Source of the DNA: an uncultured Gammaproteobacteria bacterium | GTDB lineage: Bacteria > Patescibacteriota > Patescibacteriia > Patescibacteriales > UBA12465 | DNA: 64,000 nucleotides | Assembly (NCBI GenBank): GCA_964570655.1 | Contig: CAZMYU010000001.1 | Span: forward strand, 65,454-129,453 | Reading direction: 5' to 3' | Shown here: in pieces, positions 52,553-62,314 of the stretch | Numbering within the stretch: position 1 is the first letter of the stretch | Layout of the letters: each line of letters opens with the position of its first letter | Notes under the pieces: model-generated | What the model saw: only the letters and a program-made list of their open reading frames with translations | Databases searched by the model: none | What the model was told of the DNA's origin: nothing | Translations under genes and position numbers: made by a program

Positions 52553-52581
52553 TTGACAAATTATTAAAGATATGCTATAAT
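52553..52581 (+). promoter_or_regulatory. Perfect-consensus sigma70 promoter (TTGACA-17-TATAAT)
   Basis: TTGACA 52553-52558, 17-nt spacer ..aagatatgc, TATAAT 52576-52581. Confidence 0.7.
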
Positions 52582-52711
52582 ACTCATTATGTAAATTAAC
52601 AATTTATAAACGTTTTGCTCGGATAAAAAGTAGCCTAAACCGCTACACCCGAAACAAAACAAAACTGAACTGAATAATTTTTTTTAACTGAACTGCAAAA
52701 AAAACTGAAAA

Positions 52712-54160
52712 ATGGAAAAAAATGATCAAAAACCGGTTGAAGAAATTAAAAAAGAAGGAACAACCGAAGAAACAGAAATTGAAATCGTCAATGCTGAAAT
52801 TATTGAACCAGATATTTACACCGGCGAAATAGTGTCCGACACGTCCAAGGATGGTTTTGTGTTTATTGGGCACGTAATGCTCAACTATGCCAGAATTGCA
52901 ACCAATGGCGATGTTTTTGCTCCAATACCGGAAGGGGCCACATATGAGATTGGACAAAAAGTTCAATTCTCAAAATTAGACCCAGACCCAAAAAGACCCA
53001 ATAAATTCAGGACGGAAAACATTATTATTCTTGATGAGAGCACTGAATTAAGTGCTTCCCAAACCAAGGCAATCTCCATCGTGAATTTATCCAAACAAAT
53101 ATCCCCTTATCACAAACTGAAAAAAATTATTGAAGAGGGAGATATTGAAAAAGCCGCCGACAACAAACCTCTGGCAGAATTTATTGTTGGAATCCAGGAA
53201 TTTCTTAACACCGAAAAAAAGGCAACCGTCGCCGATCTGCAAAAAAGAACCGAAGAATTTGTCCAGGAAAATTTTGCCTCCCTGATACCGTTGGAAGTTG
53301 ACTATTCAATCCAAGGTAATGTTGACACTGCTGGAGAATTAAAAAAAATTCAGGAGGCCATTAAACTGTACAGGGCAAATGGATTAGACGGCCAGGCCGA
53401 GTCGCTGGAAAAAGAATATTCCCAGTTCTTAAAGACACGCAATGCCTTTACAATCATGCTCAGCTTTGGGCTGTTAAGACCGGACACTATCATACCGCTC
53501 AAGCATCTCCCGGAATTAACCGTGGCTTTCCCAGTCCTTTTTGTCAAAACCAAAGATGAAATACAGGACACTGAGAGAGAAGAAGACCCCCGTCCAGATT
53601 CAGTTGTCAGGTTTTTCGCTGATGCAGTGGGCTCAAGAGAGTTTGCTTGGTTTTATGAAATATACAACCGCAGAACCAGGCCAATCAATAAATTTTCAGG
53701 CCGTGATATTATTCCGCCACAGATTGTTAAAATTATGGCCGAAGCCGAAAAAATATTCGATGTGATAGCAATCATGACGCCCTACCACGACCTGGCATCA
53801 AGAGAATGGTCCGACCCAAATTGGCTCAGAAACCTTGACCCCTTAATGGTTGGATTTTTAAAAGGATTGCCTTGCATATTCGTGTTAGGAAGATGGAGCG
53901 GAACTGGCGTGTTCCCACTTATGCTCGATTGCATAGCCGATACAATGAACCACCTGCGAATTAACCAGGAATCGTTAAGTAACTTCCCAGCGAATGCCTA
54001 TTGGTACCATGGTTCCAGGCCTGAATATCAACAAAAAAACTTGCTGGAACAGAGTGCCCTACCAAGATACGCCGAAAAATTGCTTCTTGCTTACGAAAAC
54101 GGCAAGCTATTTGAATTTTTAAGAGGAGAACTTTCCGAAAACGAAGAATACCTCTTTTAA
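52712..54160 (+). CDS. Hypothetical protein (482 aa) with possible N-terminal OB/cold-shock-like module
   Basis: Clean ORF with its own promoter and two terminators. The acidic N-terminus is followed by GEIVSDTSKDGFVFIGHV..GDVFAPIPEG..IGQKVQFS. I do not recognise the rest. Confidence 0.75.
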   Translation: MEKNDQKPVEEIKKEGTTEETEIEIVNAEIIEPDIYTGEIVSDTSKDGFVFIGHVMLNYARIATNGDVFAPIPEGATYEIGQKVQFSKLDPDPKRPNKFRTENIIILDESTELSASQTKAISIVNLSKQISPYHKLKKIIEEGDIEKAADNKPLAEFIVGIQEFLNTEKKATVADLQKRTEEFVQENFASLIPLEVDYSIQGNVDTAGELKKIQEAIKLYRANGLDGQAESLEKEYSQFLKTRNAFTIMLSFGLLRPDTIIPLKHLPELTVAFPVLFVKTKDEIQDTEREEDPRPDSVVRFFADAVGSREFAWFYEIYNRRTRPINKFSGRDIIPPQIVKIMAEAEKIFDVIAIMTPYHDLASREWSDPNWLRNLDPLMVGFLKGLPCIFVLGRWSGTGVFPLMLDCIADTMNHLRINQESLSNFPANAYWYHGSRPEYQQKNLLEQSALPRYAEKLLLAYENGKLFEFLRGELSENEEYLF

Positions 54161-54186
54161 TAAACTTCAAATCACCGCCTAACCTC

Positions 54187-54242
54187 AGGCTCGTTTCAAT
54201 TAATTTGATGAAAATCAAGTTAAAAGAAGCGAGCCTTTTTCT
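54187..54242 (+). terminator. Intrinsic terminator (long-loop hairpin + T-run)
   Basis: AGGCTCGTTTC (54187-54197) pairs with GAAGCGAGCCT (54226-54236), then ttttt. Confidence 0.6.
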
Positions 54243-54245
54243 TAA

Positions 54246-54272
54246 CAAAAAACCGGCCAAAGCCGGTTTTTT
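54246..54272. terminator. Bidirectional intrinsic terminator
   Basis: aaaaaaCCGGC-caaa-GCCGGtttttt. Confidence 0.8.
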
Positions 54273-54320
54273 AATAATCCTGGATCTCCAATCAAGTTGG
54301 GGATGACAGATAATATCGGT

Positions 54321-54845
54321 TTATTCCCAACAACAATTTACTGCTTTTTTGACGACTTCGCCGATTTTACCAAAAAATCCAGTGCGCGCTTTATCATGTT
54401 TGTTAATAGCTAGATCATCAATTTTTTTAAGTCCATCCTTATCAATTAGTTTCATATTCAAAGCCCAAAAGAGTGAATAGAGCTCATAAGCTTTTTTGAA
54501 CATATCCTCAGCGTCAGCCTTTTGCTCCCGGCCCAAAGCCTTGGTGCCCACTTCAAATAGACGCATCGAGGCCGCCAATAAATGCTTGGACAAACACCAC
54601 ACCTCACCTTCGGGATCTTTCACGAGTTTTTGCATTAGTTCTTTGCGCATTTCTCTAGCCTGATGCAAAAAATCGTAATACTCTGGTTTTTCGGTTTTCT
54701 CGGCCGTAAAGAAAAAATGTTCTTCAATACTCACCAGATTCATAACCGCAATGCTCAAATCTTCATCAGAAGACAAATCCAATTTATTATCTTTTTTCAA
54801 ATTATCCAAACGATCAATAAATTTTTGAATATTATTTAGGTCCAT
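54321..54845 (-). CDS. Hypothetical cytoplasmic helical protein (174 aa) ending ..NCCWE
   Basis: Clean ORF, last gene of a three-gene minus-strand cluster. No recognised family. Confidence 0.6.
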   Translation of the reverse strand: MDLNNIQKFIDRLDNLKKDNKLDLSSDEDLSIAVMNLVSIEEHFFFTAEKTEKPEYYDFLHQAREMRKELMQKLVKDPEGEVWCLSKHLLAASMRLFEVGTKALGREQKADAEDMFKKAYELYSLFWALNMKLIDKDGLKKIDDLAINKHDKARTGFFGKIGEVVKKAVNCCWE

Positions 54846-54849
54846 ATAA

Positions 54850-55353
54850 TTAATACTTAGTTATAAAATAAAAAACAACGCTAATAATAGCTAGGGCAAC
54901 CAGAGGCATGGCTACCTTTTCCATGGGAAAATGAGCCTGGCCATTATTTTTCTTTTTCAAATATCCATACAATTGACCAGCCAGATAAAAAACAATACTG
55001 CCCACCACAATACCCAAAAGCAATTTATCAATTCCCAGCAAGCGATTAAAAGGATGGCCCATTACTCCAGTAAAATACAAAGGAATAATAGTAATGCCAT
55101 AATAAAAAACAATATTGGCAACTAGGCTCCCGCGAAAATTCCAATTTTTCTTTTTGAACCAACTAACAGTCCAAAAGCTAAGCGACAAAAGTAAAGCTCC
55201 AACCCACACCCCCGAAACCGTATCGTCTACCCCAAAGTATCTAGACAGGCCCAATCCAGCGCCCACCGCAATAGTACAAACCGGGCAAAAAGCTAGAGCT
55301 GGTTTGGCTAGCAACAAAAAAGTTCCCAGAATTAATAAAAATATTTTTCGCAT
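54850..55353 (-). CDS. Polytopic membrane protein with N-terminal CPVC motif (167 aa)
   Basis: Signal/TM segment ..AKPALAFCPVCTIAVGAGLG, then about 4 more TM helices. Confidence 0.65.
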   Translation of the reverse strand: MRKIFLLILGTFLLLAKPALAFCPVCTIAVGAGLGLSRYFGVDDTVSGVWVGALLLSLSFWTVSWFKKKNWNFRGSLVANIVFYYGITIIPLYFTGVMGHPFNRLLGIDKLLLGIVVGSIVFYLAGQLYGYLKKKNNGQAHFPMEKVAMPLVALAIISVVFYFITKY

Positions 55354-55357
55354 AATA

Positions 55358-55711
55358 TTATTTGATCTGATTTTTTAAATATTCAATAATTGGCGCATCA
55401 CCAATTAAACATTCTTGCCCAGTCCAAAACAAAGGTACGCCCAAATTCTGCTGGTCTAGTCCACAAACCTTGGCAACTCTGGCCATCTCACTGGCATTAT
55501 CCTTATTATTATAAACTTCTTTTTGCTCAAATTGGAATTTTTCGGTGACCCTCTGCTCACTCATAAATTTTTCCACCTTTTGGCAATGCGGACAAGTTAT
55601 GCCATAATAGAAAATCTTCCGACCACTAAAATTGTCAGAGTTAGTACTAGCGCAACCACTAATTATTAAAATGGCTGAAAAAACGCCCAGGAGAGTTATA
55701 ATTTTTCGCAT
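55358..55711 (-). CDS. Thioredoxin/glutaredoxin-fold lipoprotein (CPHC active site)
   Basis: Lipobox LIISGCAS; YGITCPHCQKVEKF; cis-Pro region GVPLFW. Confidence 0.75.
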   Translation of the reverse strand: MRKIITLLGVFSAILIISGCASTNSDNFSGRKIFYYGITCPHCQKVEKFMSEQRVTEKFQFEQKEVYNNKDNASEMARVAKVCGLDQQNLGVPLFWTGQECLIGDAPIIEYLKNQIK

Positions 55712-55789
55712 ATTTTATAATATTTATTCTAAGTCTTCAGCCATTATAACATATTTAAAAAAATAAAGAAAAATGCTAAAATAAACGAT

Positions 55790-58531
55790 ATGAAACGATT
55801 AATTATCCTTGACGGACATGCGATTATTCACCGTAGTTTCCATGCTCTCCCTCCGACGATGAAAACTAGAGACGGCCAGCCGACCAATGCGGTTTATGGC
55901 TTTGTTTTGTTTTTGCTCAAAGCTATTTATGACCTGAAACCTGATTATATTGCTCTGACCATGGACAAAAAAGGACCGACTTTTCGTCATGAAGCCTTTA
56001 CTGACTACAAGGCCACGCGAGTCAAAGCCCCTGATGAACTCTATGAACAGATTCCCCTGGTCGAAGAAGTGGCCACCGCTTTTGATATTCCGATTTATTC
56101 GCAAAGCGGTTTTGAGGCTGATGATATTATTGGCACAATTTGTCAGCAAACCAAAAATGATTTAGAAAAAATTATTATTACCGGTGATCTAGATACTATT
56201 CAATTGATTAACAAAAACACCAAGGTCTATACGATGAGCCGAGGAATCTCCGATAGCGTGATTTACGATGAACAGGCCACTCGAAATCGTTTTGGTTTTG
56301 AACCAATTCAGATGATCGACTACAAAGCCCTGCGAGGTGATGTCAGCGACAATATTCCTGGAGTCAAAGGGATTGGTGAAAAAACAGCTGGCGAGCTTAT
56401 CAAAGATTTTAAGTCGCTAGACAATCTTTATAAACAAATCAAAAACAAAAAAACTGGCGACAAAATCCGACCCAAAACTTTAGAATTATTAATTGCCCAA
56501 GAAGACCAGGCCAGAATGAGTTATGAACTAGCCACTATCAAAAAAGACGCACCAATCAAGTTCAATCTAGAAGACAACAAATATGGACCGCTAAACCAAG
56601 ACAAAATTGCCGAACTTTTTAGTCGCTTAGAATTCAAATCACTAATTAGTCGCCTGCCCTCAGAGCTGGGTACCAAAAAATCGACTGCAGTTAAAAAAAT
56701 TAACGACAATAAAAAATATATTTGGGTTCAAAGCGAAATTGATTTCCAAAAATTAATCAAAAATTTAAAAGTCCAAAAGATTTTGGCCGTTGATACTGAA
56801 ACCACCGATCTCGATCCTCTCCACTCCGAACTTATCGGCCTAAGTTTTAGTTATAAATCCGGTGAAGCTTATTTTGTGAGAATCGAAACCGACCAAAAAC
56901 AAATAGGCCAAGGACTTTTTGCCAGCCCAGCAGCCACCAGCCATAATCCCTGGCTACTAGAACTAAAAACTATTTTAGAAAATCCCCAAATCAAAAAATG
57001 CGGACATAATCTCAAATTTGATTATCGGGTTCTCAAAAAACAAGGCATTATTATGGCCGGGATAGAATTTGATAGTCTCATCGCCTCTTATTTACTCCAT
57101 TCCGAAAACCGCCAACACTCTTTGGACTCCCTAGCTTTTAGCAAATTTAATCATACCAAAATTGCTTTCAAAGATTTGGTCGGCTCTGGCAAAAATCAAA
57201 TTAAGCTGAGCGAAGTAGAACCACAGAAACTAGCCCAATATGCCTGCGAGGATGCCGATTTTGCCTGGCGACTATATAGAAAATTAGAACCAGAAATTCA
57301 GGAAGCCAATTTAGAAAAATTATTTAACGAAATTGAGATGCCCCTCATTACTATTTTGGGCGATATGGAAGATAACGGCATTACTATTGATAGAAAAGTC
57401 CTCAAAGACATGGATAACGACCTAGGGAAACAACTCATTGAACTAGAAAAACAAATTCATAAATTAGCTGATGTTAAATTCAATATTAATTCACCCAAAC
57501 AACTCAAAGAGATTTTATTTGATAAACTAGCCATTAGCCCGCAAGGTATCAAAAAAACCAAAACCGGATTATCAACTGCCGCTGATGAACTAGAAAAAAT
57601 GAAGTCTCTTCACCCCATCATCCCACTCATTCAAGATTATCGAGAGCTAGCCAAATTATTATCAACTTATATTCGCGCCCTACCAAATTTGATAAATCCT
57701 CAAACCGGCCGAGTGCATACTTCTTATAACCAGGCTATTACTACGACCGGCCGCTTGTCATCGACCGAACCCAATCTCCAAAATATTCCCACCAAAACCG
57801 AGTTGGGCCAAAAAATCCGAAGAGCTTTTGTGGCTCAAACCGGCTGGCAACTGCTCAGTCTGGATTATTCCCAAATTGAATTGCGCATTCTAGCTCATTT
57901 GTCTCGCGATCCTAAAATGATTGAAGCTTTCCAAAATAATTTGGATATTCACAAAATGACCGCCGCTGAAATCAACCAAGTCAAACTAGCTGATGTCACC
58001 CCCACTATGCGCCGAGAGGCCAAGGCTATCAATTTTGGTATTATTTACGGACAAGGACCGCACGGCTTGTCACAATCAGCGGGCATTCCTTATTGGCAGG
58101 CCAAAGAATTTATTGACCGCTATTTTACGGTTTATAAAAATATCAAGAAACTGCTGAGTGAAATATTGACAGAAGCCAAACGGACGAGTTATGTAGAGAC
58201 CATGCTCGGGCGCAAACGTTATTTGCCAGACATAAATTCTCATCTTACTATGCTGCAAAAATCCGCCGAGCGCATGGCTATCAACTTGCCTTTTCAAGGT
58301 ACGGCCGCGGATATGATTAAAAAAGCCATGGTCGAAGTCTATGCCTTGATAAAAAACCAAAAGGACATTAAGATGCTACTACAAGTTCATGATGAACTCA
58401 TTTTTGAAGTCAAAAAAGAAAGCGCTACTAAATATGAAAAAGAAATTGCCCAAATAATGTCCGGCGTTTTAAAATTAAAAGTACCGATTATAGTTGACGG
58501 AGCTATCGGCCAAAACTGGGGAGAATTATAA
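55790..58531 (+). CDS. polA: DNA polymerase I (5'-nuclease, 3'-5' exo and polymerase domains)
   Basis: 913 aa. LILDGHAIIHRSFHA, AVDTETTDLDP, LLSLDYSQIELRILAHLS, QVHDELIFE. Confidence 0.97.
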   Translation: MKRLIILDGHAIIHRSFHALPPTMKTRDGQPTNAVYGFVLFLLKAIYDLKPDYIALTMDKKGPTFRHEAFTDYKATRVKAPDELYEQIPLVEEVATAFDIPIYSQSGFEADDIIGTICQQTKNDLEKIIITGDLDTIQLINKNTKVYTMSRGISDSVIYDEQATRNRFGFEPIQMIDYKALRGDVSDNIPGVKGIGEKTAGELIKDFKSLDNLYKQIKNKKTGDKIRPKTLELLIAQEDQARMSYELATIKKDAPIKFNLEDNKYGPLNQDKIAELFSRLEFKSLISRLPSELGTKKSTAVKKINDNKKYIWVQSEIDFQKLIKNLKVQKILAVDTETTDLDPLHSELIGLSFSYKSGEAYFVRIETDQKQIGQGLFASPAATSHNPWLLELKTILENPQIKKCGHNLKFDYRVLKKQGIIMAGIEFDSLIASYLLHSENRQHSLDSLAFSKFNHTKIAFKDLVGSGKNQIKLSEVEPQKLAQYACEDADFAWRLYRKLEPEIQEANLEKLFNEIEMPLITILGDMEDNGITIDRKVLKDMDNDLGKQLIELEKQIHKLADVKFNINSPKQLKEILFDKLAISPQGIKKTKTGLSTAADELEKMKSLHPIIPLIQDYRELAKLLSTYIRALPNLINPQTGRVHTSYNQAITTTGRLSSTEPNLQNIPTKTELGQKIRRAFVAQTGWQLLSLDYSQIELRILAHLSRDPKMIEAFQNNLDIHKMTAAEINQVKLADVTPTMRREAKAINFGIIYGQGPHGLSQSAGIPYWQAKEFIDRYFTVYKNIKKLLSEILTEAKRTSYVETMLGRKRYLPDINSHLTMLQKSAERMAINLPFQGTAADMIKKAMVEVYALIKNQKDIKMLLQVHDELIFEVKKESATKYEKEIAQIMSGVLKLKVPIIVDGAIGQNWGEL

Positions 58532-58560
58532 AAAAAAGACGACTAGAATAATAATTATTA

Positions 58561-59142
58561 TTATTCGCATCGTCTTAAAAGGCGTTCAATAATTCTCATT
58601 GAATAGAAAAAAATTCGGGCCATAAGAATGCAAACAATAGCCAAAACAGAAGTTAAGGTTAGCCCGTAAAACATTCCATTAAATTGTTCGCTGCTTAGCA
58701 AAAAGAAAAACACAAAAACCAAACCTCCCACGCCAGGCAAACGCCAGTCAGAGTGATCGTCCAAAGCTCTTTGAATCAAATTATAAAGATAAAAAAACCA
58801 AGTAACGGCTAAAAAAATAAAAATAATATCTAGCCAATGAGAAAATTTATAATTTAATTCAATAACCAACAAATCGACCAAGTTCGGACCACCAGTTAAA
58901 TCTGTCGGCATATAGCTAGGGACCTCTCCATTTTTCAGATAAACCCCCAGCCAATGAGCAAAAACCACCACTGAAAAAATTAAGGCCACAAAAAAATGAC
59001 GCCAACTACTAACGGTTTTAATTTTGCCGATCAACGCTTTAATCCAGTTCTCTCTTTTTAAACTAACCCGAATAATTTTTACTCTAATGAGAAATGAAAC
59101 CAGCGACAAAGCCGCTAGAGTCAAAAGCATTAGCATACTCAT
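58561..59142 (-). CDS. Polytopic membrane protein (193 aa), hypothetical
   Basis: 5-6 TM helices. No recognised family. Confidence 0.55.
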   Translation of the reverse strand: MSMLMLLTLAALSLVSFLIRVKIIRVSLKRENWIKALIGKIKTVSSWRHFFVALIFSVVVFAHWLGVYLKNGEVPSYMPTDLTGGPNLVDLLVIELNYKFSHWLDIIFIFLAVTWFFYLYNLIQRALDDHSDWRLPGVGGLVFVFFFLLSSEQFNGMFYGLTLTSVLAIVCILMARIFFYSMRIIERLLRRCE

Positions 59143-59190
59143 ATATAAAAGGACTTTGTTGATTCTATATTAAATCATTTCCCCTATTTT

Positions 59191-60504
59191 ATGTCAATTA
59201 ATTTAAACTTTTTACAGAACAAAAAAATAGCCCTTCTGGGACTAGGCCTCGAAAACCTGGCCTTATTGTCATATCTCACCAAAAACAAAATTTCCGCCGT
59301 AATTACTATCTGTGATGCTCGCTCAAGCGAAGAACTGGGGAGTCGAATTAGTGAACTGCAAAAAAATTCACAGATCAAGTGGCAGCTCGGCAAAAGTTTC
59401 AATAAAAATTTGGATAAATTTGATATTTTACTACGCTCCCCGGGCTGGCCAATTTTTTGCCCTGGAATTCAAGAGGCTCTCAGGGCCGGAACTATTCTTT
59501 CTAGCCCGATGAATTTGTTTTTTATGCTCGCCCCGACCAAAAATATTATTGGCGTCACCGGCACCAAGGGCAAAGGCACCACTAGTAGTTTGATCTACCA
59601 AATTTTACACGACGCTAAGCGGGCGGTCTTCTTGGGTGGCAATATTGGCACCGCTCCTTTTAGTTTTTTAGAAAAATTATCAGCCAAGTCCTGGGTAGTT
59701 TTGGAATTATCTAGTTTTCAATTAGAAGACCTACAATTTTCTCCTCATATTGCCGTGATCACCAATATTTATCCCGAACATTTGAAACCAGCTGATCCTT
59801 TAAACCCTAATTTTCATGCTAATTTGAAATTATACATTAAGGCCAAAAAAAATATTGCCAGCCACCAAACAGCCAACGATTATTTGGTGATTAATAAAAA
59901 ATTAAAATTGAAAGCTGGCCAAGGACGCCGACTAATTTTTACTAAATCCACTAGCCCCAGCAATTTGGCGGGCAATTACAACCAAGAAAATGTCGCCGCT
60001 GCCGAAATGGTCGCCAAAATTTTGAAAATCAATTCTAAACTCACCAAAAAAGCTATCAAAAATTTTAAAGGCTTAGAACATCGCCTCGAAAAAGTCATTA
60101 CTAAACAAGATCGAACTTTTTATGATAATAGTTTTGCCACTACTCCCGAAAGCACTATCTTAGATCTCGAATCTTTTAAAAGCCCAATTATTCTCCTAGC
60201 CGGTGGAGCCGATAAAGGTGCTGATTTTAAAAATCTAGCCAAGGCCATCAAAAATAAAGTAAAGTTTTTAATCTTATTAAAAGGTAGCGGGACCATCCGA
60301 CTCAAAAAAGACCTGCTCAAAATAAATTTTCCCAAAAACAAACTAGCAGAAGTTGCTAGTATGGAGCTGGCGGTCAAAACTGCCAAAAAAAATTCGGCTC
60401 CAGGTGATATAATCTTGCTATCCACGGGTTGTGCTAGTTTTGGAATGTTTAAAAACTATAAAGAACGAGGAAATTTGTTTAAAAAATATGCCCAAGCTCA
60501 ATAA
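59191..60504 (+). CDS. murD: UDP-N-acetylmuramoylalanine--D-glutamate ligase
   Basis: GVTGTKGKGTTSSL, NIYPEHL, GLEHRLE, ..STGCASFGMF. Confidence 0.9.
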   Translation: MSINLNFLQNKKIALLGLGLENLALLSYLTKNKISAVITICDARSSEELGSRISELQKNSQIKWQLGKSFNKNLDKFDILLRSPGWPIFCPGIQEALRAGTILSSPMNLFFMLAPTKNIIGVTGTKGKGTTSSLIYQILHDAKRAVFLGGNIGTAPFSFLEKLSAKSWVVLELSSFQLEDLQFSPHIAVITNIYPEHLKPADPLNPNFHANLKLYIKAKKNIASHQTANDYLVINKKLKLKAGQGRRLIFTKSTSPSNLAGNYNQENVAAAEMVAKILKINSKLTKKAIKNFKGLEHRLEKVITKQDRTFYDNSFATTPESTILDLESFKSPIILLAGGADKGADFKNLAKAIKNKVKFLILLKGSGTIRLKKDLLKINFPKNKLAEVASMELAVKTAKKNSAPGDIILLSTGCASFGMFKNYKERGNLFKKYAQAQ

Positions 60505-61315
60505 AAATTTTATCGGAGTTTTTGATTCCGGACTAGGGGGATTAACCGTTCTTAAAGATATCCTAAAAATCCTGCCAAAATATAATTATGTTTATTTGGG
60601 AGATACGGCCCGGGTTCCTTATGGTAATCGGTCCAAAGAAATAATCTACCAATATACCAAAGAGGCTATTGATTTTTTGTTTTCCAAGGGCGCTGGATTA
60701 ATTATTATTGCCTGTAATACTTCAAGTGCCGAAGCTCTGAGAAAAATCCAAAAAGAATATTTGCCCCAAAAATATCCCCAACAAAAAGTCTTAGGAGTCA
60801 TCCGCCCCTTAGCCGAATATTTTTCTAAAGATCAAAAAATAAAAAAAGTGGGCGTCATCGGAACGACCGCCACTATCAATTCCCAGGCTTATCCCAAAGA
60901 AATCAATAAGTTAAATAAAAATAAAAAAATATTTAGCCAAAATACCCCCCTCCTAGTACCCTTAGTTGAAGAAAACTGGTTACAGCAAACCGAAACCAAA
61001 AGTATTTTAAGTAAATACTTAAAAAACTTAAAAAAACAAAAAATTGAAGCCTTAATAATGGGCTGCACTCATTATCCTTTTTTACATCAAGATATTAAAA
61101 AGATCATGGGACCAAATTGCTCAGTCCCGAATACTGGATTAATTGTGGCCAAAAGCCTAAAAGATTACTTAAAGCGTCATCCGGAATTAAAATTAAATGA
61201 AGTCAAAAAACCAAACCTAGAATTTTATACTACCGATAATCCCCAAAAATTTAAAATAATCGGTGAAAAATTTCTAAAACGACCGATGAAATCTCTACAA
61301 AAAATTTCTTTATGA
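60488..61315 (+). CDS. murI: Glutamate racemase
   Basis: IGVFDSGLGGLTV, IIIACNTSS, MGCTHYPF. Start chosen at the ATG at 60488 (17-nt overlap with murD). Confidence 0.9.
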   Translation: MPKLNKNFIGVFDSGLGGLTVLKDILKILPKYNYVYLGDTARVPYGNRSKEIIYQYTKEAIDFLFSKGAGLIIIACNTSSAEALRKIQKEYLPQKYPQQKVLGVIRPLAEYFSKDQKIKKVGVIGTTATINSQAYPKEINKLNKNKKIFSQNTPLLVPLVEENWLQQTETKSILSKYLKNLKKQKIEALIMGCTHYPFLHQDIKKIMGPNCSVPNTGLIVAKSLKDYLKRHPELKLNEVKKPNLEFYTTDNPQKFKIIGEKFLKRPMKSLQKISL

Positions 61316-62313
61316 TTATCTTTTTTTACGGAGAAAATACTTTTCAAGCTCAACAAAAATTGGCTCAACTCAAAGCCAAGTTCTTTAAAGATGTCCCGGA
61401 CGGGGCTAGTAGTTTTGTGAGTCTCGATGGCCAAAGTGCTGATCTTGGAGACCTAGACAAACTGAGCTCCACCAGTTCGCTGTTTTCTCCTAAACGCTTG
61501 ATTATTATCAAAAATATTTTTAGTAATAAAACCCCTAGTCTGATCGAAAAACTTTTGACTCTAATCAAAGACAAAAACTTGGTTGATTCGCCGGATGTTT
61601 TGATTGTTTATGAACCCCAAATCAAAAGCCAAAAAAAATCGATAGTCAAAATAAAAAGCGCTGGACAAGAAGCGCCTCTAAATGCCTTGGAAAAAAAATT
61701 ATTTACCCTGCTAAATTCCCAAAAATATGCGCAAGAATTGCCTCTGCCTAAAGAATCGGAAATTGTTAATTTTATCAAACAAGAAGCTAGCGCTAAAAAA
61801 TTAAAGATTAGCCCCGGAGCTATTCAAACTCTCGCCAATTTCTGTGGCCAAGATTTATGGATGATTAGTGGTGAACTAGACAAGCTCAAACATTTCAAAG
61901 ATAAGGAAACAATTGAGGAAGCTGATATCAAAAAAATTTCCGATCAATTATTTAATGACAATATTTTTGCCCTCACCGATGCCTGGGGTCAAAAAAATCG
62001 CGCCCTAGCTATAAATCTTTTAGAACAACAATTAGCTGGTGGAGCGCCAGAGGAATATCTGCTCACCATGCTCATTAAACAAATCAAAAATTTGATTCAA
62101 ATAAAATCTTTAGGTAGCATTAGCGCTTCTGAGATAGCTACCAAGCTCAAACTTCATCCTTATGTAGTTCAAAAGGGTCTAAATAGTGCTCGTTATTTTG
62201 AAGCTAGCGATCTCAAAAAACTCTACAATCAATTGATGCTGGCTGACTATAATTTCAAAACTGGAGCCAAAGATCTGCGTCTCTCCCTAAACATCATTTT
62301 GGCTGAAATTTAA
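61312..62313 (+). CDS. holA: DNA polymerase III delta subunit
   Basis: MIIFFYGENTFQAQQKL.., 333 aa, helical C-terminal domains. ATGA overlap with murI. Confidence 0.75.
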   Translation: MIIFFYGENTFQAQQKLAQLKAKFFKDVPDGASSFVSLDGQSADLGDLDKLSSTSSLFSPKRLIIIKNIFSNKTPSLIEKLLTLIKDKNLVDSPDVLIVYEPQIKSQKKSIVKIKSAGQEAPLNALEKKLFTLLNSQKYAQELPLPKESEIVNFIKQEASAKKLKISPGAIQTLANFCGQDLWMISGELDKLKHFKDKETIEEADIKKISDQLFNDNIFALTDAWGQKNRALAINLLEQQLAGGAPEEYLLTMLIKQIKNLIQIKSLGSISASEIATKLKLHPYVVQKGLNSARYFEASDLKKLYNQLMLADYNFKTGAKDLRLSLNIILAEI

Positions 62314-62314
62314 A

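Noticed and set aside
52643-52966. 107-aa minus-strand ORF
   Set aside because: It is antisense to the start of the 482-aa gene and to its A-rich leader. The Phe/Asn-rich low-complexity translation comes from poly-A/T.
54297-54312. GGGGATGACAG 11-mer identical to the tmRNA 5' end
   Set aside because: There is no T-arm, acceptor complement or other tmRNA/tRNA-like features nearby. A short GC-rich match is most likely chance.
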